This document shows positions 37,087 to 48,675 of a stretch of 64,000 bases of DNA, one piece after another. The stretch's first letter is position 1. Every line of letters starts with the position of its first letter. The DNA is taken from positions 76,085 to 140,084 of the forward strand of contig JAJYRD010000010.1 of the NCBI GenBank assembly GCA_021794275.1. The letters are read 5' to 3'. Origin of the DNA: Pseudomonadota bacterium (GTDB lineage: Bacteria; Pseudomonadota; Gammaproteobacteria; Acidiferrobacterales; Acidiferrobacteraceae). The notes beneath the pieces are model-generated. The model had not been told where the DNA came from. It searched no databases and saw only the letters and a list, made by a program, of their open reading frames with translations. The translations under genes were made by a program, and so were the position numbers.

Positions 37087-38471
37087 TGACGGGCCCCCGC
37101 AAGCTCTTCGTTCTCGACGCCACAGTCCTGACTCACGATCCGGCGGCCCTCTATCGGTTCGAGGAGCATGACGTCTATGTGCCGATCGCGGTCCTGGAGG
37201 AGCTCGACGCCCACAAAGAGGGCGGCTCGGAGACTGCCCGCAACGCCCGGCAGGCGAGCCGTTTTCTCGACGACGTCCTGAGCACGACGGGAGATCCTGC
37301 GCAGGGTGCGCCTCTCCCCCACATAGGCGGCGCGGCGGGGGGGCACCTCTTCATCCCGCTCGGAAGCCCGCGCAGCGCGCTGCCGGCCGCCCTTCCCACC
37401 CGCAGCATCGGCAACCAGCTGCTCTCTATTGCGCGCGATCTCGCTGACGAACATCGCGGGCGCGAGGCCATCCTTGTCACCAAGGACATCAATCTGCGCA
37501 TCAAGGCACGAGCCCTGGGCCTGAAGGCCGAGGACTACACGAGTGAGCGGGTACTGGAGGACGCAGATCTCTTGTACCGCGGGATCGGGGAATTGCGCCT
37601 TACGCCATCGGATACAGTTGAGGCGCTCCCCACGGTGGCCCCGAGTCGCGCCGCCTTCGAGGTCCGCGGGACTGCGGCCGCGGCTTGGCACGTCGGCGAA
37701 TTCCTGCCCGGCGGCGAGGCCTCGCTGCCAGACACGATCGTGCGGGAGGTCGGGCTCGGGCGTGCGCGGCTTGAGGCCGTGCTCGACTACACGCGCGACG
37801 AGCGGGCGGTGTGGGGGGTCCGCGCGCGCAACCGCGAGCAGAACTTCGCGCTCAATCTTCTCATGGATCCCGACATCGACTTTGTCACCCTCTTGGGCCA
37901 GGCCGGCACCGGCAAGACCCTGCTTACGCTGGCCGCGGGCCTCCATCAGACGATCGAGCACCAGCGCTACGCGGAGATCATCATGACCCGCGTGACCATC
38001 CCGGTGGGCGAAGACATTGGCTTCCTGCCGGGAACCGAAGAAGAGAAGATGGGCCCGTGGATGGGGGCCCTCGAGGACAATCTCGATATCCTGAATCAGG
38101 GAGAATCCCAGGGTCGTGGGCAGTCGCAATGGGTGCGGGCCGCGGCCAGCGATCTGATGCGCGCCCGCATCCGCGTCAAAAGCCTGAGTTTCATGCGCGG
38201 GCGCACGTTCCTGCGGAAATTCCTCATTATAGATGAGGCGCAAAACCTAAGCGCACACCAAATGAAGACACTCATTACGCGCGCCGGACCTGGCAGCAAG
38301 GTCGTATGTCTCGGCAATATCGCCCAGATCGACAGCCCATACCTCACCGAGACCACCTCGGGCCTCACCTACGTCGTGGACCGTTTCAAGGGGTGGGCCC
38401 ATGGCGGGCACGTCACCCTGGAGCGCGGCGAGCGCTCGCGTCTCGCCGATTACGCGACCACGGCCCTCTAG
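37086..38471 (+). CDS. PIN-domain / PhoH-like ATPase fusion (PhoH2 / YlaK type)
   Basis: N-terminal PIN (LFVLDATVL...PIAVLEELD) and a PhoH ATPase with Walker A GQAGTGKT. The ATG overlaps the bcp stop (TGATG). Confidence 0.85.
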   Translation: MTGPRKLFVLDATVLTHDPAALYRFEEHDVYVPIAVLEELDAHKEGGSETARNARQASRFLDDVLSTTGDPAQGAPLPHIGGAAGGHLFIPLGSPRSALPAALPTRSIGNQLLSIARDLADEHRGREAILVTKDINLRIKARALGLKAEDYTSERVLEDADLLYRGIGELRLTPSDTVEALPTVAPSRAAFEVRGTAAAAWHVGEFLPGGEASLPDTIVREVGLGRARLEAVLDYTRDERAVWGVRARNREQNFALNLLMDPDIDFVTLLGQAGTGKTLLTLAAGLHQTIEHQRYAEIIMTRVTIPVGEDIGFLPGTEEEKMGPWMGALEDNLDILNQGESQGRGQSQWVRAAASDLMRARIRVKSLSFMRGRTFLRKFLIIDEAQNLSAHQMKTLITRAGPGSKVVCLGNIAQIDSPYLTETTSGLTYVVDRFKGWAHGGHVTLERGERSRLADYATTAL

Positions 38472-38522
38472 GGTACGGCGACAAGATCGACGAGACCCCT
38501 TCCGCGAACGGCCAGTGCACCC

Positions 38523-39833
38523 CTACCCGAGATAGCGCAACCAAAAAGCGAGCGTGACCAGCGTCACCATCAAGATGAACGGGGTCATAACGAGGCCCGC
38601 GCGCATATAGGCCTTCCACGATATCACCTGGCCCTTACGGGCCAGCACGTGCAGCCACAAGAGCGTGGCAAGGCTACCCAAGGGCGTGAACTTGGGGCCG
38701 ATGTCGCACCCGATCACATTGGCGTAGATCATGGCCTCGCGCGTGGCGGCGGGGACCGTTCCCATGTCGTGGATCGCGAGCGACCCTATGAGGACGGTGG
38801 GCATATTATTCATGACAGCAGAGAGCAGGGCCGCGAGGAAACCGGTCCCGACGGTCGCCACCAGAAGGCCGTGGTCGGCAAATACCCGTAAAAGCCGCGC
38901 AAGCCAGGTCGTGAGCCCGGCGTCGCGCAAACCGTAAACCACGAGATACATGCCGAGACTGAAGACGACGATCTGCCAGGGGGCCTCGCGCAGCACGCGG
39001 CCCACAGGAACCACCGCCCCTCGCCCGCCCGCCCACACGCGTCCGGCCACGAGCAAAAGGATGAGCGCGGCGATGCCCGTGAGCAGAGACACGGGCACAT
39101 GGAGCCGCCCTGCCAGAAAGTAACTCGCAAGCAGCAGGCCTAAGACGGGCCACGACAGGCGGAACAGGAGCGGGTCCTTGATCGCGGTTCGCGGCTCATC
39201 GAGGCGCGCAACGTCGTAGCTCTGCGGGATGTCGCGCCGGTAATAGATCCACAGCATGGCGAAAGTAGCGAGGGCCGCCACGATATCGACGGGGGTCATA
39301 ACGATAGCGTAGCGCCGGAACGGGATCCCGAAAAAATCAGCCGATACGATATTCACGAGGTTGGATATCACGAATGGAAGCGACGTCGTGTCGGCGATGA
39401 AGCCCGTACCCATCACGAAGGCAAGGGCCGCCGCGGGACGAAAGCCCAGGGCCACCAGCATGGCCAGCACTATGGGCGTCAGGATGAGCGCGGCGCCGTC
39501 GTTGGCGAAGAAGGCGGCGACCAGGGCGCCGAGCAGGATTATAAGCGGGAAGAGACGGCCGCCACGCCCGCGGCCGGCGCGCGCCATGTGCAGGGCCGCC
39601 CAATGGAAAAACCCGGCCTCGTCCAGAAAAAGCGAGATCACGATCAAGCCCACGAAGGTCAGGGTCGCGTTCCAGACGATACCCCATACGGTCGGGATGT
39701 TGTGGAGGTGCACGACACCAAGCGCCAAGGCCACGACCGCGCCTATGGTGGCACCCCACCCGATACCAAGCCCCCTGGGCTGTGCGATCACCAAAAAGAG
39801 CGTGAACGCGAAGACTGCCACCGCCAATACCAT
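38523..39833 (-). CDS. arsB: Arsenite efflux permease ArsB (ArsB/NhaD superfamily)
   Basis: Twelve-TM pattern, N-terminus ..[12 protein letters not shown]...[15 protein letters not shown] typical of ArsB. Confidence 0.85.
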   Translation of the reverse strand: MVLAVAVFAFTLFLVIAQPRGLGIGWGATIGAVVALALGVVHLHNIPTVWGIVWNATLTFVGLIVISLFLDEAGFFHWAALHMARAGRGRGGRLFPLIILLGALVAAFFANDGAALILTPIVLAMLVALGFRPAAALAFVMGTGFIADTTSLPFVISNLVNIVSADFFGIPFRRYAIVMTPVDIVAALATFAMLWIYYRRDIPQSYDVARLDEPRTAIKDPLLFRLSWPVLGLLLASYFLAGRLHVPVSLLTGIAALILLLVAGRVWAGGRGAVVPVGRVLREAPWQIVVFSLGMYLVVYGLRDAGLTTWLARLLRVFADHGLLVATVGTGFLAALLSAVMNNMPTVLIGSLAIHDMGTVPAATREAMIYANVIGCDIGPKFTPLGSLATLLWLHVLARKGQVISWKAYMRAGLVMTPFILMVTLVTLAFWLRYLG

Positions 39834-39878
39834 TCCCCACCCTCCCCCGCGCGGTCCCGTCGTCCGCTCAACCGGCCC

Positions 39879-40328
39879 TCAACCGCCCTTGGAACGACCC
39901 GGCATCGACACCACGGTCGGCACACAACAGGGACGGCCCGCGCGGGCCTCGTCGGCGAACACCCGTGCCTCGCCCATGGTACGGAACGTCTCCCACGGCA
40001 CACCTTGGGGGTCGAATACCCAGGACTTCTCCGATTGCGCATAACAACATGCGCCTACCCCCTCCTGGACGACCGGTGCGGCCAATTGCGCCAGGCGCTC
40101 CCCGAGGGCCGCCGATTCTTCCTCGCTCTCGACCTGAATGCCGAGATGGTTGAGACCCGGCGATGCGCCATAGGTTGAGATCGCGAAATTGACGCGCGGG
40201 TCATCTAGCATCCACTTGGCGTAATCCGGCTTCAGGACGGTCGGCGGATGGGCAAAAAGCCCAGCGTAGAAGGCCACGCTTGCAGAGAGATCGCCCACGG
40301 TCAGATGGATATGCATTCGCTTCATCAT
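39879..40328 (-). CDS. ArsI/CadI family VOC (glyoxalase-fold) metalloenzyme
   Basis: MHIHLTVGD..., LNHLGIQVE, vicinal cysteines ACCY and a second CC pair (PCCVP). Sits between arsR and arsB. Confidence 0.7.
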   Translation of the reverse strand: MMKRMHIHLTVGDLSASVAFYAGLFAHPPTVLKPDYAKWMLDDPRVNFAISTYGASPGLNHLGIQVESEEESAALGERLAQLAAPVVQEGVGACCYAQSEKSWVFDPQGVPWETFRTMGEARVFADEARAGRPCCVPTVVSMPGRSKGG

Positions 40329-40690
40329 TCATCACTCCTATCGTTGGTATCGCAGCGGACCGGGCCCTGCGCCTGCAGCGCCGCAACGCGCCGGGCGTCG
40401 TGTGCATATACCTGCCCCTCCGGGGCCTCACGGAGCGCCGCGATGACATCCGCAACCCAAGGTGCGAGATCCGCGCGCCGCCGGTAGTACACCCAGGTGC
40501 CGCGCTTGCGCGCGACCACGAGTTCGACCGCGCGCAGGGCCGCCAGGTGGCGCGAGACGACCGCCTGCGGCAGATCCACGCCCGCCACCAGATCACAGAC
40601 GCAGAGCTCCCCGCAGCCCTCTAACAACACGAGAAGGCGGCGCCTCGCCTCGTGGCTCAGTACGGAAAAGAGGTCGTCTTCGGTGACCAT
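40325..40690 (-). CDS. arsR: ArsR/SmtB family repressor
   Basis: ELCVCDL metalloid-binding motif in the HTH. The stop overlaps the arsI/cadI start. Confidence 0.85.
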   Translation of the reverse strand: MVTEDDLFSVLSHEARRRLLVLLEGCGELCVCDLVAGVDLPQAVVSRHLAALRAVELVVARKRGTWVYYRRRADLAPWVADVIAALREAPEGQVYAHDARRVAALQAQGPVRCDTNDRSDE

Positions 40691-40705
40691 GGCCTATTAT
40701 ATACG

Positions 40706-40734
40706 ATATTCCATATATATAAACAAGGGAATAT
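40706..40734. promoter_or_regulatory. Candidate ArsR operator / ars promoter in an AT-rich island
   Basis: Inverted repeat ATATTCC-N15-GGAATAT, 16-44 nt upstream of the arsR ATG, within the only strongly AT-rich stretch of the locus (TATATACGATATTCCATATATATAAAC). Confidence 0.4.
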
Positions 40735-40821
40735 ATTGTCCAAGATCCCTGCCAAAACGGAAAACGCGGGTCCGCGCGAGCATCCCGGGCTTCCCTGATG
40801 AGCTTGCGGAGACCGCGCGCC

Positions 40822-41646
40822 TTACGAGAACCGCTGTGGAATGGGGTGTCCCGGGAAGAATGGGAGTCCAGCACCGACGGCCTCGCAGACTGCGGGGATT
40901 CCGTATCGCGCGGGGTATTCCACAGCCTCAAAGTAGAGGCCGTGAGGCGGTGCCGTATTGCCGGCCGCCGCGCGGTCACAGGCCGCCAGCACCTCGCCCG
41001 CCCACGACGCCGGACGCTCCCCCGCCCCGATCGCGGCCAGCACGCCCGCGATATTGCGCACCATGTGATGGAGAAAGGCATCGGCGCGGATCACCATAAC
41101 CACAAGGGGCCCGCTACGCTCCACGGACAGCGAATGTACCGTGCGCACGGGCGACTTGGCCTGGCACTGGGCGGCGCGGAAGGCACTGAAATCGTGACGC
41201 CCGAGAAGCGCCGCGGCCGCCTCTTGCATGCGCGACGCATCGAGCGGCCGATAGTCGAAGCTCACCTGATCGCGAAAGAGGCTTGGTCGGACCCGCCGGT
41301 TGAGCCAGACATAGCGGTAGCGGCGGCCAAGTGCCGAAAAGCGGGCATGAAAATCCTCCGCCACGGGCTGCGCCCATAGGACCGCCACATCCTCCCCCAA
41401 ATTGGCGTTGGTGCCGCGCACAAAGGCCTCTGGGCGGCGCACGACCTCACTGTCGAAATGGACCACTTGGCCCAGGGCGTGTACACCCGTATCCGTCCGT
41501 CCGGCGGCGACGACCCGTATCGTCTCACGCGCGACCGCCCCGAGCGCCCCTTCGAGGGCGTCCTGCACGGTCGGCACGCCAACCTGACTTTGCCAGCCAC
41601 AGAACCGGGCGCCGTTGTATTCGACGCCGAGCGCCCAGCGGGTCAC
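40822..41646 (-). CDS. truA: tRNA pseudouridine(38-40) synthase
   Basis: ..[13 protein letters not shown]...[10 protein letters not shown].. catalytic Asp motif. The GTG start overlaps the parC stop (GTGA). Confidence 0.9.
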   Translation of the reverse strand: MTRWALGVEYNGARFCGWQSQVGVPTVQDALEGALGAVARETIRVVAAGRTDTGVHALGQVVHFDSEVVRRPEAFVRGTNANLGEDVAVLWAQPVAEDFHARFSALGRRYRYVWLNRRVRPSLFRDQVSFDYRPLDASRMQEAAAALLGRHDFSAFRAAQCQAKSPVRTVHSLSVERSGPLVVMVIRADAFLHHMVRNIAGVLAAIGAGERPASWAGEVLAACDRAAAGNTAPPHGLYFEAVEYPARYGIPAVCEAVGAGLPFFPGHPIPQRFS

Positions 41647-43849
41647 GAGGCAACAGTCAGGTCGATCAGGCCGCGCACGGCCTCGGGCAATACCTTGCCG
41701 CGCGTGGCGCGGGCGCCCTGGAAGCGCCTTCGATCGGCCGCCGACAAGGACACCGATTTGCGCGCACCGACCAGCACCAGGGTCTGCCCGGCGTCGCCCG
41801 CCGCCACCGCGATGAGCTTCTCGCCCTGCGCATCCAGGAGCTTCACGCCGCGCCCCTTGGGCATGACCGGCAGGTCGGCCTCGGAAAGAATGAGTAGGCG
41901 CGTGGCCGTCGCGCAGGCGATGAAGCCCCCCTTCGCCACCAGGACCGGCTTCAGGAGCGATGCCCCCGCCTCGAGCTTCACGATCGCCTTGCCGGCCTTC
42001 ACGCGCGTCTGCAACTCGCCGAGCAATGCCTTGAAGCCATAACCACTATCGGCCACGAGCAAGGCCTCATCACCATCGTCGCCCATCAAGACGCCCTTGA
42101 ATTCGACCCCCGCCTCCGGTTCCAAGGTCTTCGACAAGGGTTCCCCGAGCCCACGCGCCGAGGGCAACTTATGGGCAAGGACCGCATAACTGCGTCCAGC
42201 CCCGTCGAGAAAGATCGCGGATTGCGTGCTGCGCCCGCGCGCCGACTGACGGAAGGCATCCCCGGTACGGTAGGACAGCGCCGCGCCATCAACCTCATGG
42301 CCGCGTGCCTGACGAACCCAGCCATTCGCGGAAAGCACGACCGTGACGGGTTCAGCCGCCAGATCGCCAGGCTCTATGGCGCGCGCCACCGGCCGCGCAC
42401 AGAGCGGCGAGCGGCGCTCATCGCCATACTCATCCGCATCACGCGTTATCTCGTCTTTTACGAAACGCCTAAGCCGCGCCTCTGAGCCCAGGAGACGCTC
42501 GAGCCCCGCGCGTTCGCGCGTAAGCCTGTCGTGCTCCTCCTTCAGTTTGAATTCCTCGAGCCGGGCGAGCTGCCGCAGACGAATCTCTAGCACCGCGTCG
42601 GCTTGCCGCTCACTCAATGCAAACCGCGCCATCAGGGCCTCACGGGGCTCGTCCTCGGTGCGGATGATGCGTATGACTTCATCCAGATGATCGAAGATCG
42701 TGAGCAAGCCCTCAAGGATATGCAGGCGCTCATTGATGCGATCGAGCCGAAAGGCGAGCCGCTTGCGCACCGTCTCCACGCGAAACACGAGCCACTCCGA
42801 CAGCAGTTCGCGCAGGCCGTAGACGCGCGGGCGACCATCCGAACCTATGAGGTTCAAATTGACCCGGTAGCTCTTCTCGAGATCGGTCGTTGCGAACAAG
42901 TGGCTCATGAGCGCCTCGACGTCCACGCGGTTGGAGCGTGGAACAATCACAAGCCGGGTCGGGTTTTCGTGATCCGATTCGTCGCGTAAATCCTCCACCA
43001 TGGGCAACTTCTTGTTGCGCATCTGTTCGGCGATCTGCTCCAGGATCCGCGATCCCGACGCCTGATGGGGCAGGGCCGTGACCACGATCGCGCCATCCTC
43101 CTGCTCCCAGACGGCACGCGCCCGCACCGACCCTGTACCGCTACGATAGAAGGCCAGGATATCTTCGCGAGGGGTCACGATCTCGGCCCCGGTCGGGTAG
43201 TCTGGCGCAAGCACATGCTCGCAGAGATCCTCGACGCCGGCCTTGGGGTGGTCCAAAAGCCACACACAGGCCGCGGCAATCTCGCGCGCGTTATGCGGCG
43301 GCACGTCGGTGGCCATGCCAACCGCGATACCGGTAGCCCCATTCAGCAACACATGCGGCAGGCGCGCAGGCAAGAGCTTGGGCTCCTCGAGTGTACCGTC
43401 GAAGTTGGGCACCCAGTCGACGGTGCCCTGCCCAAGCTCCGCCAACAACACATCGGCGAAGCGCGACAGGCGCGCCTCGGTATAGCGCATGGCGGCGAAT
43501 GACTTGGGGTCATCCGGGGAGCCCCAGTTACCCTGACCATCCACGAGCGGATAGCGATAGCTGAAAGGTTGGGCCATGAGAACCATGGCCTCATAGCAGG
43601 CCGTGTCACCGTGCGGATGGAATTTGCCCAGGCAGTCGCCGACCGTGCGCGCGGACTTCTTGAACTTCGCGCCCGCACTGAGCGCAAGCTCGGACATGGC
43701 GTAGATGATCCTGCGCTGCACGGGCTTCAGGCCATCGCCGATATGCGGCAAGGCGCGGTCAAGGATGACGTACATCGAGTAATCGAGGTAGGCCTTTTCC
43801 GTGAAGCCCACGACCGGCATCTGTTCGCCGAAGAGCTCGGTCTGCTCCA

Positions 43850-43850
<1 letters not shown>
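41643..43850 (-). CDS. parC: DNA topoisomerase IV subunit A
   Basis: ..[32 protein letters not shown].., ..[10 protein letters not shown].. (catalytic Tyr). The ATG overlaps the parE stop (TGATG). Confidence 0.92.
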
Positions 43851-46323
<2,473 letters not shown>

Positions 46324-46338
46324 AAAACCTCCTTGCAC

Positions 46339-46644
46339 TCAGTCCTTGTCCTCGTGCTCGTGGGCAACGATACTGCCATCCCGGAAAAGGTATTCGCGCA
46401 ACTCGCGGTCGAACGCCGGGTCATGCCGCCTTATCCATTCAAGCGTCATGGCCGCGTGCTCCTTCTCCTCGTCCCGGTTGTGGGCCAAAATGCCCCGCAA
46501 CTCCGGGTCCTTGCAGGCGTCGACCCGCTGCTGGTACCAATCCACCGCCTCGAGCTCCTCCATGAGCGATACGATCGCCCTATGCATCTCGCGGGTCGCC
46601 TGAGTCAGGTCGCTTGCGGCCTCATGCAATTCCTCGTGTGCCAT
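46339..46644 (-). CDS. EncFtn-like (encapsulated-ferritin family) ferritin-like protein without an obvious targeting tail
   Basis: ..HRAIVSLMEELEAVDWYQQRVDACKDPELRGILAHNRDEEKEHAAMTLEWIRR.. closely matches the conserved EncFtn core as I remember it (R. rubrum type). The C-terminus is ..GSIVAHEHEDKD. Confidence 0.7.
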   Translation of the reverse strand: MAHEELHEAASDLTQATREMHRAIVSLMEELEAVDWYQQRVDACKDPELRGILAHNRDEEKEHAAMTLEWIRRHDPAFDRELREYLFRDGSIVAHEHEDKD

Positions 46645-46671
46645 GCCCTTTCCTCCTTGTCGGTTTTTCCG

Positions 46672-48021
46672 TCAGTCGATGCCGTAGGCGCGGCGCAGCA
46701 GCGCAAACCGCGACACGGGCGAGGCCTCGCCACCGAGACCTTGCGCCAAGTGGTGACCGGCTATGGGGCAATCGCTCATGAAGTAATCGGGCGCCGCCGC
46801 CTGGATGCGCGTCACCACGGGGCGCCCGATCTTGACGGCGTCCTCATAAAATTCCCTTTTTACACCGTATGTGCCGTCGTGCCCCGAACAGCGCTCTATC
46901 ACCTCCACCGTGGTGCCAGGAATCATCGTCAAGAGGTCCCGCGTCTTTAAGCCGATATTCTGCACTCGTTGGTGGCAGGGGACGTGATAGGCCACCTTCC
47001 CGAGCGGCTCGCGAAAATCCGTATTCATGTGGCCGGCCTTGTGGCGCAAGAGCAGGTACTCGAACGGGTCGAACATCGCGCTCTTGACCTTGGCGACCCC
47101 CTCATCCTCCGGAAACAAGAGCGGCAGTTCCTGTTTGAACATCAAGACACACGATGGTACCGGGGCTACGATATCGAACCCCTGGTCGACCAGGGCGGCG
47201 AGCGCCGGGATGTTCGCCTCCTTGAGCTTGGCCACACCCTCCAGGTCGCCCACCTCGAGCTTCGGCATCCCGCAGCAGCGTTCCGACTCGAAGATGCGTA
47301 CGGCAATGCCGTTGTGCTCGAACACGCGCCCGAGATCCGCCGCGAGCTCAGGCTCGTTGTAGTTGCCAAAACAGGTTGCGAACAAGACAACCTGGCCCCG
47401 GGTCTCAGGCGTAGGCTCGTGCTTGATAGGCGCGGGGCGCCAGCTCTTGCGAAAGGTGCGGCTGTGGTAGGCCGGCAGGCGCGCCCGGGCGTCGACACCG
47501 AGCGTGGACTGCAAGAGGCCTCGTGCCGTGGGACTACGATTCGCGGCGTTCACAAACTGGGTGACGACCGGAATCCCGGCGAGCCGTCCTACGGCATCGG
47601 TGCTCGTCAGCACGCGATCACGAAGGCGGGTCTTGCCCGCGCGAAACTTGGCTGCCTTAGCGCGCAGCATCAGGTGCGGAAAGTCGACGTTCCACGGATG
47701 TGGCGGCACGTAGGGGCATTTCGTCATATAACACATGTCGCACAGGTAGCACTGATCCACCACCCTCGCGTAGTCGGCACGATCAACGCTTTCGAGCTCC
47801 ATGTCGGCCGAGTTATCTATGAGATCAAACAACGTGGGAAACGCCTGGCACAGATTAAAGCAGCGCCGACATCCATGACAGATCTCGAAAATCCGGGTCA
47901 GTTCCGTTTCGAGGGCGGCAGCATCGGTAAAGAGTGGGTCACGCCAGGCGATCGGGTGACGCGTCGGTGCCTCGAGGTTCCCTTCCCGGTTGACTACGGA
48001 CTTTTCCGCATCCTTCTCCAT
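46672..48021 (-). CDS. (Fe-S)-binding protein, HdrD/GlpC/GlcF-like (two 4Fe-4S motifs plus two CCG domains)
   Basis: CHGCRRCFNLCQAFP and CYLCDMCYMTKCPYVPP ferredoxin motifs. CCG-domain cysteines (..ERCCGMP.., ..ERCSGHDG..). Confidence 0.8.
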   Translation of the reverse strand: MEKDAEKSVVNREGNLEAPTRHPIAWRDPLFTDAAALETELTRIFEICHGCRRCFNLCQAFPTLFDLIDNSADMELESVDRADYARVVDQCYLCDMCYMTKCPYVPPHPWNVDFPHLMLRAKAAKFRAGKTRLRDRVLTSTDAVGRLAGIPVVTQFVNAANRSPTARGLLQSTLGVDARARLPAYHSRTFRKSWRPAPIKHEPTPETRGQVVLFATCFGNYNEPELAADLGRVFEHNGIAVRIFESERCCGMPKLEVGDLEGVAKLKEANIPALAALVDQGFDIVAPVPSCVLMFKQELPLLFPEDEGVAKVKSAMFDPFEYLLLRHKAGHMNTDFREPLGKVAYHVPCHQRVQNIGLKTRDLLTMIPGTTVEVIERCSGHDGTYGVKREFYEDAVKIGRPVVTRIQAAAPDYFMSDCPIAGHHLAQGLGGEASPVSRFALLRRAYGID

Positions 48022-48093
48022 ACCCCCCCCCTGAAAAATGAAGACGGGCCGGCACAGCCGACCCGCCCCCTTTAGGTGCCGTATTGTAAGAAC

Positions 48094-48513
48094 CTACTTG
48101 CCGAGGCTGTCGAGCGCCTTTTGGAACCGGTTGGCGTGCGACCGCTCGGCCTTGGCGAGGGTCTCGAACCAATCGGCGATCTCATCAAAGCCCTCGCTGC
48201 GCGCGGTCTTGGCCATGCCCGGATACATATCCGTATACTCATGGGTCTCGCCCGCGATCGCAGCCTTCAGATTATTCGCGGTGCTGCCGATCGGCAGGTC
48301 CGTGGCGGGATCACCGACGGCTTCCATATACTCCAGGTGACCGTGGGCATGGCCGGTCTCCCCTTCCGCGGTCGAGCGGAATACCGCCGAGACGTCATTG
48401 TAGCCTTCGACGTCGGCCTTGGCCGCGAAATACAAGTAGCGGCGATTGGCCTGCGACTCACCGGCGAAGGCGGCCTTGAGATTATCGTGCGTTTTGGTAC
48501 CTTTCAGGTTCAT
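48094..48513 (-). CDS. Rubrerythrin-family diiron protein lacking the rubredoxin domain
   Basis: ..[13 protein letters not shown].., ..[11 protein letters not shown].., ..[12 protein letters not shown].., ..[11 protein letters not shown].. (E..H diiron ligands). 139 aa with no C-terminal CxxC pairs. Confidence 0.85.
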   Translation of the reverse strand: MNLKGTKTHDNLKAAFAGESQANRRYLYFAAKADVEGYNDVSAVFRSTAEGETGHAHGHLEYMEAVGDPATDLPIGSTANNLKAAIAGETHEYTDMYPGMAKTARSEGFDEIADWFETLAKAERSHANRFQKALDSLGK

Positions 48514-48537
48514 TGTCGTACTCCAGGTGGGTATGAA

Positions 48538-48554
48538 TTTAGAATAAGTCTAAA
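48538..48554. promoter_or_regulatory. Candidate Fur-family (PerR/Fur-like) operator upstream of rubrerythrin
   Basis: AT-rich inverted repeat TTTAGA-ataag-TCTAAA, 25-41 nt upstream of the rubrerythrin ATG. The call rests on the palindrome and its position only. Confidence 0.25.
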
Positions 48555-48675
48555 ACACGGAGGGGGTCCGGTCAAGTACTGGATGACCACGAAACACCCT
48601 ACTGGCTAACGGCGCCAAGTCAACTACTATGATAGCAAGCTCCCCACAATCTCAGGCAAGGTCGAGTCAGCGTCT

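Noticed and set aside
36942-38243. 433-aa minus-strand ORF antisense to phoH2; similar long antisense ORFs at 31708-33009, 45724-46950, 46969-48075, 22107-22790, 36082-37041 and 53379-54619
   Set aside because: These are typical high-GC shadow ORFs: Arg/Gly/Pro/Ala-rich, with no motifs, each fully overlapping a gene that has strong family signatures.
46339-48513. Encapsulin nanocompartment operon
   Set aside because: An EncFtn-like gene is present, but no HK97-fold shell gene is adjacent or anywhere in the window. It is reported instead as an encapsulin-less EncFtn.
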